Below, piece after piece: positions 56,702-64,000 of a stretch of DNA of 64,000 bases. The stretch comes from Pseudomonadota bacterium. GTDB taxonomy: Bacteria > Bdellovibrionota_C > UBA2361 > OMII01. A model generated the notes under the pieces. It made no database searches. It saw only the letters and a program-made list of their open reading frames with translations, and had not been told where the DNA came from. The stretch spans positions 5,320-69,319 of the forward strand of contig JAIXQT010000249.1 of NCBI GenBank assembly GCA_027485595.1. The letters run 5' to 3'. The position numbers and the translations under genes were made by a program. Numbering within the stretch: the first letter of the stretch is position 1; each line of letters starts with the position of its first letter.

Positions 56702-57691
56702 TTACTGCCCTTTGTTTCCGGCTTCGAGATACACCTGATCGTCAACCGCTCCGTTGAGGGCGGGTTTGTTGAGACGACCTTCGACACGACGGGCCGCCTG
56801 GAGAGCCATGGTGAGGCTATCCGGGGCGCCGTTGTGCAGTGCTGCCGCTTGAACTCCAACCGGGAGGTCAGCGGCTATCTCGAGCTTGGCTTCATTGAAT
56901 GCGGTCGTAAGGGCATCGACAGCATCCATCGCTTGTTCCAGTTCCTGTTCCTTCTCTTCGTGCAGTTCGATCAGCCTTGTGAGCTGATTGAACCGTGCAC
57001 GAGCCGTCTCGTCCTCATTCTCAGACAGCTTCCTCTGAAGGCGCGTTCTCTGTCCCCGTTGTGTGCTCACATCGGATTCTTCGAGCGCTTCGTGAAGTTG
57101 ACTGGCCTGTTTGAGGATGACGATACCGTGGAGAAAGTTCTCCTCGGCTAGTTCGAGGTAGCGGGTCGACCGCCGGCCGCGTAACGGATCGTTTATGTGC
57201 GCTCTGAGGTCCTCGATGAGGCCCTCAAAAGCCACCTTGAAGTTTTTGGCGCGGCGAGCAAGCTCCTCCGCATCTCTTCGGTTCAGGTTCTGAATTACTG
57301 TGACAATTTCCTCAAGCTGTGCGCGCCGAAGCGCTTCACGAAACTCAAGGACTACCTTCTTGGCGTATTCAGGCCCGCGGTACAGGTACCGGTAGGCGAA
57401 TGTGCTAAGACCAACAAAGGCGAGCCCTACGGAGGCAACGAGGCCTCCAAGGCTCGCCCCAAAAAGAAGCCCATGCGTCATCAGGACCGAGATCAACCCG
57501 AGCGGGTATCTCCAGATCCATCCGGAATGCATGACCTTCCGCATCGTTCGGCGTTGAATATCAGCAGGGGTAAGGCTGCTGAGCATCTCGGCCGGCGAAG
57601 ACACATCAGTGAAGGAGTCGTTCCCCCACACAGGGCCGGAAGGGGGACCAGTGCCTCCCTCCGGCTCATAATCATATTTTCGTACGGCCAT
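56702..57691 (-). CDS. Two-TM membrane protein with ~230-aa cytoplasmic helical/coiled-coil domain
   Basis: TM pair WRYPLGLISVLMTHGLLFGASLGGLVASVGLAFVGLSTFAY, then helical repeats rich in E/R/L/A (ELARRAKNFKVAFEGLIEDLRA, EEKEQELEQAMDAVDALTTAF). I recognised no family. The architecture is reminiscent of XpaC/TelA-like helical proteins. Confidence 0.6.
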   Translation of the reverse strand: MAVRKYDYEPEGGTGPPSGPVWGNDSFTDVSSPAEMLSSLTPADIQRRTMRKVMHSGWIWRYPLGLISVLMTHGLLFGASLGGLVASVGLAFVGLSTFAYRYLYRGPEYAKKVVLEFREALRRAQLEEIVTVIQNLNRRDAEELARRAKNFKVAFEGLIEDLRAHINDPLRGRRSTRYLELAEENFLHGIVILKQASQLHEALEESDVSTQRGQRTRLQRKLSENEDETARARFNQLTRLIELHEEKEQELEQAMDAVDALTTAFNEAKLEIAADLPVGVQAAALHNGAPDSLTMALQAARRVEGRLNKPALNGAVDDQVYLEAGNKGQ

Positions 57692-57710
57692 CTAAGGCTT
57701 GGTGTTGGTG

Positions 57711-59282
57711 TTAGAGTTTAGTCCCCTCCACCAGGATGAATTCAACTCGGGCCATGCGCGCGCGATACGCTCGCTCACCCTCGTTCTTCTTCCTGATGGG
57801 AGGTTTTGTTGACCCTGCTCCTTCGGCTTTTACTCGGTTCGGATCAACCCCGTGTGTTACGCGCAGGTATTGCGCCACCACTTGGGCACGCTCAAGAGAG
57901 AGCGCTTGATTTTGAACCTCATCGCCGTAGCCGGTGTGACCTCGGATGATCACACGCAACGCGGAGTAGTTGTTATTGAGAAGCTCCGCTGCTTTATCCA
58001 CCGCCTGTTTACCGGATTCGTCGAGCAGGTTGTTTCCCTGCTGAAACGTCACCGGGTCTACATTGAGTGGTCCGTATTCGCGAAGCTTCTTCCATCCGGC
58101 GTCATCGATCTGCTCAAAGGTCACCTCGTTCGCCACGGTCGTGGCGTCAAGGATCCCTACCGAACGTTTCGACAGCTCTTCAAGGACGCTTTTGTTGATG
58201 ATCTGAAACGGATTTACACCCGCAAAGGACTTTGTGCGACGCAGAACGTCGCTGCACGAGCTGACCGTGTCCACGATCTTTTCGCTCGTTCTCGCCCCTT
58301 TTCCAGTATCAACGCCAAACTGCACTTGGCAGTTCTCGAACAGGTCTGCCCAATCGAAATGGGGCAAAACCTGCTCAAGCCGATCCCGCTTAATTCCCGT
58401 ATCTTTCGCCATTTCATCCAGCATCTTGGTTTTGTTCATCTGGTAGTAAGCCAGAGTGCCAAAATACGCTTCGAAGAAGCGGAGCAGCTCGCTTGGTTGC
58501 TTGTCGATCACCTCGCGGTGCACGACAAACACGTCCACGATATACCCCTGGAAGGCATCAGATCCGAGAATAACTTTGAGTCGCTTATCCTCCAAGGCTT
58601 TGGAGAGTTCAGGTTCCCAGAGCATTGCGGCATCAACTTGCCGAGCTTTTAGTGCCTCTTCCACTTTGTCGATGGCTGTCTTCGGCTGTCTCCATCCCGC
58701 GCTTTCACGCAGAGAGGGTAGGTCGAAGTTGGCAGTCACCATGTCGAGGAAGAAGCTGCTCGGACTCGCGTCTACATAGGCTACCTTCGCTCCGTTTAAG
58801 AGCTCGGTTACCTTACCGGTTGGAAAACGATCGCTGTAGCCTACAAGAGCGTCAGCCCCCGCAGAATCTGCAACGACCCCGACAATCACACCTGGGTAGC
58901 TGAGCTTGTGGCCCAGCTCCAGGTAGACATTCACGGGGAGCACCATCGCCTGGTACTCCCCGCGACTAAACTTCTCAAGCCTAGACACATAATCCCCGTT
59001 GTCATCATTGAAGCGGATATCCAGCCCTTTTGTGGGGCCCTGTCTCCGCATCTCCGGTGATTTCAAGAACCAGTATCCGAGATAGCCATCACCCGCGACG
59101 GTGAAGGCCTTTGCTTGCGAGCGAGGGTCGCTCGTTCGAAGTTGCACCCCCTCCTCCGCTTTCTGCTTCCTCATGTCCCAGAGCTTGGTGACCCCCCAGA
59201 TTGCGAGCAATCCAAGGATAGCGATTCCCACCAAGATGAAGAACTTGAAGGAGCTCGGCGGCTCTTCGTTCTCGTAGTTCAC
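57711..59282 (-). CDS. N-terminally TM-anchored binding-protein-like domain fused to OmpA-like peptidoglycan-binding domain
   Basis: GTG start and TM FKFFILVGIAILGLLAIWGV. The central PBP type-2-like region is followed by a C-terminal OmpA_C-like segment: RVIIRGHTGYGD...LSLERAQVVAQYL...ARVEFILV. Confidence 0.75.
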   Translation of the reverse strand: MNYENEEPPSSFKFFILVGIAILGLLAIWGVTKLWDMRKQKAEEGVQLRTSDPRSQAKAFTVAGDGYLGYWFLKSPEMRRQGPTKGLDIRFNDDNGDYVSRLEKFSRGEYQAMVLPVNVYLELGHKLSYPGVIVGVVADSAGADALVGYSDRFPTGKVTELLNGAKVAYVDASPSSFFLDMVTANFDLPSLRESAGWRQPKTAIDKVEEALKARQVDAAMLWEPELSKALEDKRLKVILGSDAFQGYIVDVFVVHREVIDKQPSELLRFFEAYFGTLAYYQMNKTKMLDEMAKDTGIKRDRLEQVLPHFDWADLFENCQVQFGVDTGKGARTSEKIVDTVSSCSDVLRRTKSFAGVNPFQIINKSVLEELSKRSVGILDATTVANEVTFEQIDDAGWKKLREYGPLNVDPVTFQQGNNLLDESGKQAVDKAAELLNNNYSALRVIIRGHTGYGDEVQNQALSLERAQVVAQYLRVTHGVDPNRVKAEGAGSTKPPIRKKNEGERAYRARMARVEFILVEGTKL

Positions 59283-59293
59283 GTTTGTGTTGG

Positions 59294-60013
59294 TTACTTT
59301 ACTGGATCGAAGGACTCTAATTCAGCCGTGGCGTCTGCCAGGGCTTTTTTGAGTTCTTCGAGATTCTGTGCATTCTGATAGAACACGCTCCACTGTCGCA
59401 GGGCGTGGTCTCCTGCCAATTGGAATCCGATGGTGTACAGCGGGATCGACTCCCCCTGATCGAGTAGACGTTGCATCTTCCGTGTGAACGGCGTCAGCGA
59501 GTCACTCGATTGTCCATCGGTAAGGACGATAAGCCGAAACTCACCGTATCCCAACTGCATCGCTCTTTTCGCAACGAGCGTTTCCGTGCCTTGTACGCAC
59601 GCGCGACCAAGCGGGGTTCCTCCGCTGGCAGCAAGGTTGTTGATCGCTTTCAGGATCGCTACTCGGTTTTTGAGACCAAGTGGTACCCGCTCACCTTCTC
59701 CATCCGCGTCGAAGGCATAGAGCCCGATAGCAACCTCCTCTGGGAGTCTGTTTACGAGCTCAAGAGCAGCCATCTTCGCGCTTCGGATACGATCCCCGTC
59801 CATCGAACCGCTCCCGTCTAAGACGAGGTAGAAGTTCTTCTGTAGAGACTGGACCGCGCCCGGCGGTGGAGGGTCAGGAGGCGTTTGCGCGCCTCCTGTC
59901 GTTGACGTTGTATTCGATGCCTCAGTTGCAGGGCTTTTAGGGCCCTGGGGTGGTGGATCGCAACTGGTCAGTCCGACCAGCGCCACACAAGCAAGTGGAA
60001 AGAAACGTTTCAT
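59294..60013 (-). CDS. VWA-domain lipoprotein
   Basis: Lipobox LVGLTSC, a Pro-rich linker and MIDAS motifs LVLDGSGSMDG ... GGTPL ... VLTDGQ. AAAGGAG lies upstream. Confidence 0.82.
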   Translation of the reverse strand: MKRFFPLACVALVGLTSCDPPPQGPKSPATEASNTTSTTGGAQTPPDPPPPGAVQSLQKNFYLVLDGSGSMDGDRIRSAKMAALELVNRLPEEVAIGLYAFDADGEGERVPLGLKNRVAILKAINNLAASGGTPLGRACVQGTETLVAKRAMQLGYGEFRLIVLTDGQSSDSLTPFTRKMQRLLDQGESIPLYTIGFQLAGDHALRQWSVFYQNAQNLEELKKALADATAELESFDPVK

Positions 60014-60038
60014 GTGAGTGATTGCTCCTTTCGTTTAG

Positions 60039-61718
60039 TTACTTGCTTGGGGTGAATTCAGCTGCTTCGGCCTCCACGTTCAACACGCGGAATACGACAC
60101 GACGGTTCGCCGACCATTCTTCTTTGGTTTTAGGTTGCGGGAATTTCGGTGAGGAAACGCCCCTACCCGTAGCCAAGAACTGCGATTCGTCAACAAGGAG
60201 TCCCTTGGTCTTGCAATAGGCCAGGTAACTCTGACGAACCGCGTTTGCTCGATTGAGCGAGAGGTTTTTTGCAGCCAGCTCTTTTTGCTGGACGATAAGC
60301 GGATTTTCACCCGCTGCTCTCGCTTTCTCAATTCCGGTCGGATCACTGTGTCCCTCTACCGCCACAACCGCACCACCGAAGGTGCTGGCGAGCTTCAGGG
60401 CTTTTTCGTAATCGTTAGCGTAGCGCGCTATGTCGAAACTGGCTTGATTGGGGTCGAAGTTAATTTCAACCACAAACAGCGTACCAGAGTCCCACGATGT
60501 CGATTCAGCTTCGATGGCCGAGGCCAACTTGGCGGAATCAAACTTCGCGGACGCGACCGCGGATGTGTCGGTGTTCTTCAGACCAGCGGCGAGTGCCGCA
60601 TAGTCCCATTCAGCATGAGTCAGCGCGGTTTTGCCACGCATCAACCCCATGCCTACTAACGTTGCTTGAATCTCTTCAGAGATGACGTTGAAGTTACGGA
60701 GCGTTCCGAGAGCTTTGAAGAACTGAACATTTCCCGCGTGCGACACGAATTCAGCGTCACTGATCATCCCTTCCACGTCAGCTGTCATCGTTGAAGTGCC
60801 GAACAGAAGCTCGGCGCTTTTCGACAAAAGCTGCTGATACCTCGCACCTTTTTGAGCGCTCATATCACCCAAGGCCTCCTGACCACGCATAAGGACATGC
60901 ACGATCTTCTGCGCCTTGTCGCGGTTGGCGTCCAGCCAGTCCTTGCGGACAGCCCAGACGTCAGCGATCACCTTGCTCGCTGTCTTGGTAGACAGCGAGA
61001 TGCGAGCATCCTTTACAGAACCCTCACTACCGGTCCCCACCTTACCTCCGCTGGTCAGAGCGGCGGCGTCGGGAGAGATAGCAGCGATAGCGGCGATCGA
61101 GGCGTCGGTGCCGAAGGCAGATACGGGATCAACCGCTTTGCCCTTTGTGTCGTATTTCGGGAGGGTGAGCTCCTTCATCCACACAAAGCTCACATCACGG
61201 GGAGAGAGCCCCGCGCTTGAGAGCACCGTTCCCACATAGTCCATATGGGGGCCGAAAAGCTGAAGGGCGATTTTTTTCCCTTTCAGATCGGCCGGCTTGA
61301 GATCGCCACGCACAACCACGGTGTCGCCACCGTTGGACCAGGTAATCTGGTTGAGCACGACAAGCGGAACCCCTGCCTTCGCGAATGCCGGTTGAACGGC
61401 AAGCACTTGGGCCATGGTTCCACGAAAGAACGGCGATTCGCCGTTCAAGACCGACTGCGCCTGTTTGAGAGCGTCATCCTCATGCTTGAGCGTGTAGTCC
61501 ACGCCTTCCGCCGAGTCGAAGCCCTCCATGTCAGCGAGGATCGCCGCCACGTCGCCACCCCACGTGATCACAGGCAGCGTGAGCGGCCCGGCTTTCACAG
61601 GAGATGCCTTCGTGGAGAGGGTGTCCTCAGCAGGTTTGGCGTTTTCGGTAACAACCTGCGCTCCGAGGGGGAGCGCAGACATCATAAGAGCGGCAAGAGC
61701 CGCGAGGTTTGGTTTCAT
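60039..61718 (-). CDS. Secreted NMT1/SsuA-like binding-protein domain fused to OmpA-like peptidoglycan-binding domain
   Basis: Signal peptide MKPNLAALAALMMSALPLGAQV (ATG 61718). ADLKGKKIALQLFGPHMDYVGTVLSSAGLSPRDVSFVWM is typical of NitT/TauT binding proteins. The C-terminus is OmpA_C-like: VAVEGHSDPTG...LSLNRANAVRQSYL...NRRVVFRV. Confidence 0.78.
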   Translation of the reverse strand: MKPNLAALAALMMSALPLGAQVVTENAKPAEDTLSTKASPVKAGPLTLPVITWGGDVAAILADMEGFDSAEGVDYTLKHEDDALKQAQSVLNGESPFFRGTMAQVLAVQPAFAKAGVPLVVLNQITWSNGGDTVVVRGDLKPADLKGKKIALQLFGPHMDYVGTVLSSAGLSPRDVSFVWMKELTLPKYDTKGKAVDPVSAFGTDASIAAIAAISPDAAALTSGGKVGTGSEGSVKDARISLSTKTASKVIADVWAVRKDWLDANRDKAQKIVHVLMRGQEALGDMSAQKGARYQQLLSKSAELLFGTSTMTADVEGMISDAEFVSHAGNVQFFKALGTLRNFNVISEEIQATLVGMGLMRGKTALTHAEWDYAALAAGLKNTDTSAVASAKFDSAKLASAIEAESTSWDSGTLFVVEINFDPNQASFDIARYANDYEKALKLASTFGGAVVAVEGHSDPTGIEKARAAGENPLIVQQKELAAKNLSLNRANAVRQSYLAYCKTKGLLVDESQFLATGRGVSSPKFPQPKTKEEWSANRRVVFRVLNVEAEAAEFTPSK

Positions 61719-62192
61719 TACTAGGTATTGGGTCTGATTGTCGGTTTGATAAACCTCTACGTCGGATGTCCGAGTAACCGTACGAAGAGTCGACCATACA
61801 AACGAGAACACACATGAGAGATATCCCATGCGTCCTCACTCATTATTGTCTTGAAGAAACACTAAGCGTTGTGCGCCTACTGTCTCCTCCTCCATCTACC
61901 CACAATAAAATTTGAAAAGAGCGAACTGTTCCACGCCACGGTAGTGGTCCTAGACATCTCGATTGATAGAGGTGTTTGTGTGATGAACTACGCTGGTAAG
62001 CCCGCAGGCCCCGCGAGGAACAATGTAAGCGGCGCATTGTACCGGAATATTTGGATTCACCCAACTTTTCGAGGAAGTTACGCACTCGGGCACTTAGCCT
62101 ATTGGCAGCTGTCGGGATCGGTTCGGACGGTGGTGTTTTGGGCATATAGCCGTGACTCAATCGATTGCGAGGTCGCCTCTTTGAGGCGACGA

Positions 62193-63095
62193 ATGTACAG
62201 TGGGAGCATCAGCACCACCCACCTCCATGTGGCCAAGCAAAACGAAAGCGCCACCGATGCTCGGTTGTTTCAGATTCCGTTACTCGATCCACGAGCGGTA
62301 GCCCAACGAACGGAACCTGAGAGCACGACCCCACTCGTTGGAGCAGCAGATCTTCTCCGAGTGACCGAGGTTTTAGAGGCGCATCCAAGGCGCTTTCTGA
62401 CTAACGACTATACCCGACTTATCACACTTGCTGACAACGCGTCGCTCTCCGAGACCTCCAAGCGCCTGCGAGAGCTCATCCCTCAATCCAGGGATGGACA
62501 CCTCACCCAAGCCCCGAGCTGGAAGGAGTTCCACAACCCACTCAATCGGGGCGATCTCACGCTGGGGGAGGCCCTTGACGCGCTCGGCCCGTTCGCATTT
62601 TCCCAAAATAAGATCCCGATGTTAGTTCGATTGATAGAGAACCCGGAGTGGGATTGGTTACCGTTCTATGATTTCTTCCCTGGTGGAACAACGCTGGCCA
62701 CCCACGACGCGCTGCATATGCTCCTCGGTCGTGGACTCCTTGAGCACGACGAAGCGTTTGTGATCGGATTTACGATGGGCGCGTCGGGAGAGATGAGTGA
62801 GTGGAAGACTCGACTCTTTGCTCTCGTTTCGGGCACGCTCTACCCAGAGGCCTACCGATTTGGAGATTCGGCTCTTGAGATATTCGCGGACGCGGTGCGG
62901 CTTGCTTCAGACTCAGGAGGCGCTCCGCTCCACACTCAATCCTATGACACGATGCTCGACAAACCAATCTCGGAGCTACGAGCGCTGCTCGGTATTCCTG
63001 AAAAGGGCCTCGCCGAGTACTTCCGCAATGAAGCGATCCGCTTTCCGCGAGATATCGCGAGCCAGAAAGCGGCTCTCAGAGCGGATGGATTGTAA
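62193..63095 (+). CDS. Coq4-family-like protein (HDxxH-x11-E motif)
   Basis: THDALHMLLGRGLLEHDEAFVIGF matches the spacing of the COQ4 zinc-ligand motif HDxxH(x)11E (compare human [23 protein letters not shown], from memory). The start is uncertain: ATG 62193 has a GAGG 8 nt upstream, and the track ORF extends to 61869. Confidence 0.4.
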   Translation: MYSGSISTTHLHVAKQNESATDARLFQIPLLDPRAVAQRTEPESTTPLVGAADLLRVTEVLEAHPRRFLTNDYTRLITLADNASLSETSKRLRELIPQSRDGHLTQAPSWKEFHNPLNRGDLTLGEALDALGPFAFSQNKIPMLVRLIENPEWDWLPFYDFFPGGTTLATHDALHMLLGRGLLEHDEAFVIGFTMGASGEMSEWKTRLFALVSGTLYPEAYRFGDSALEIFADAVRLASDSGGAPLHTQSYDTMLDKPISELRALLGIPEKGLAEYFRNEAIRFPRDIASQKAALRADGL

Positions 63096-63173
63096 AGCGA
63101 AGAATGGCGCAAACGGCACTACGAAACCTTTGGAAAAAACCAACGCTCGCAGTAGTCCGTTTACGCCACCGCA

Positions 63174-63554
63174 TCACGCCGCTTCTTTCAGCAATTCAAG
63201 CTTGATCGGAAGATCCTTCTTGAACACCTCAGGGATCGCCTCATGCGAACCGAAAAGCTCGACGATCTTTTTGATAGCTTCATCAGCCGCAGTGTTCGCT
63301 TCCGTGATGAATGCGTTAGCCGAGCCGGCAACGAGACCAGGCACTGCTTTCTCCACCGCCGATATGCCTTGCGACAGAACTGGTGGAATAAACGGCTCTG
63401 CTTTGCTCTTGAGCTCATTCGCCTGCTGCATAAATCGTGATGCGGCGTCTGGCGCTTTGCTCGCCTGCACGGCGAATTCATATCGTGTTCTCCACCCGGT
63501 AAGGGCGTTTGTGGCGTCAGTCAGTTTGGTTAAAAGAGCGTTAGTGGGCTCCAT
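63174..63554 (-). CDS. Hypothetical 126-aa helical protein (phasin-like appearance)
   Basis: An uninterrupted ORF with Ala/Glu/Lys-rich amphipathic helices. No motif recognised. Confidence 0.45.
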   Translation of the reverse strand: MEPTNALLTKLTDATNALTGWRTRYEFAVQASKAPDAASRFMQQANELKSKAEPFIPPVLSQGISAVEKAVPGLVAGSANAFITEANTAADEAIKKIVELFGSHEAIPEVFKKDLPIKLELLKEAA

Positions 63555-63886
63555 GGTATTGTGTGGGTATTGGTTTGACTGCGAATGTAGTCGATGAAAC
63601 CTACGTAAAACCTTCTACGTAGCACCGTCGCAACCGTAGACCCCATGAGCATGAAGGTATACGCGTGCGACGAGGCGAGTTCTCCTACCCAGGTAGATTG
63701 TGAAAGAGCTGAAGTGGCTATCCTGCCATGGTTCGCTCGGTTTCTCCATGAAGGAAGCCCGCTAGCTCTATCATCCTGAAAGAGCTTTTGTTTTTCGCTC
63801 GTCCTTGTTTACCTCGGTCGAACGATTACACTCGCCGAGGAGCGGATTTTAGAAAATAATCCCCTCTTTGAGATTAAGGACTTTCG

Positions 63887-64000
63887 ATGCAACTCGCTCA
63901 CGACCTGACCGCGCACGATGGTGAACAGAACCAAGTTGAGCCGGAGAATAGCGATACAACCAACTCCGCGCCGGCACTTCTCGCATGGATGACGGTGGTG
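63887..64000 (+). CDS. 5' end of an unidentified gene running off the window
   Basis: ATG at 63887 is preceded by AAGGA plus a 6-nt spacer. 38 open codons (MQLAHDLTAHDGEQNQVEPENSDTTNSAPALLAWMTVV) run to the window edge. Confidence 0.4.
   Translation, partial: MQLAHDLTAHDGEQNQVEPENSDTTNSAPALLAWMTVV

Noticed and set aside
61869-62192. 5' 108 codons of the track ORF 61869..63095
   Set aside because: The translation (MCAYCLLLHLPTIKFEKSELFH...) is Cys/His/Trp-rich and lies in the divergent promoter region. The ATG at 62193 with GAGG upstream is more plausible. The start is not proven.
50260-63600. Idea that the cluster region is a horizontally acquired island with higher GC
   Set aside because: Hand counts of a few 60-nt lines gave 53-65% inside versus 43-58% outside, which is overlapping and far too sparse to be conclusive. 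No tRNA, integrase, direct repeats or transposase mark the borders. A proper sliding-window GC and codon-usage calculation is needed.

Overview
This 64-kb chromosomal window comes from a diderm (Gram-negative-type) bacterium and is almost fully coding. I judged GC at roughly 50-60% by eye and did not compute it. Most of the window is core housekeeping around the replication origin: prfB with its programmed +1 frameshift, ybeY/7TM-HD/phoH, cinA, an M23 peptidase, ruvX, mltG, a MoxR/DUF58/BatA/VWA operon, ribokinase, uvrD/pcrA, rlmE, mlaEFDC, gyrB-recF-dnaN-dnaA on the minus strand, atpB-atpE, trxB, an accC-like gene, a mutY-like gene and mnmG. The MoxR operon is preceded by a 700-aa membrane protein carrying a ~420-aa K/E/Q/G/S disordered tract. 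I recognised no rRNA, tRNA, CRISPR array, transposase or integrase. There are two DnaA-box regions. The dnaA-dnaN spacer holds a weak one. A much stronger one (4 perfect and 4 one-mismatch boxes, AT-rich flank) lies 1.7 kb upstream of dnaA, behind atpBE. The most unusual content is an ~11-kb, nine-gene, same-strand cluster (61718 down to 50757, minus strand). It joins a PspA/IM30 (ESCRT-III superfamily)-like protein, a 2-TM coiled-coil partner and a tandem classical AAA ATPase (degenerate D1, intact D2) to a NitT/TauT-type ABC importer, two binding-protein::OmpA fusions and a VWA lipoprotein. I read it as a candidate envelope-spanning membrane-remodelling/transport system, and I know of no experimentally characterised counterpart. 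Nested-hairpin intergenic repeats are also present: ACGT-phased hexamer palindromes and paired GGAGGGC hairpins. All calls rest on reading the supplied translations and the nucleotide sequence. No database search or computation was possible.
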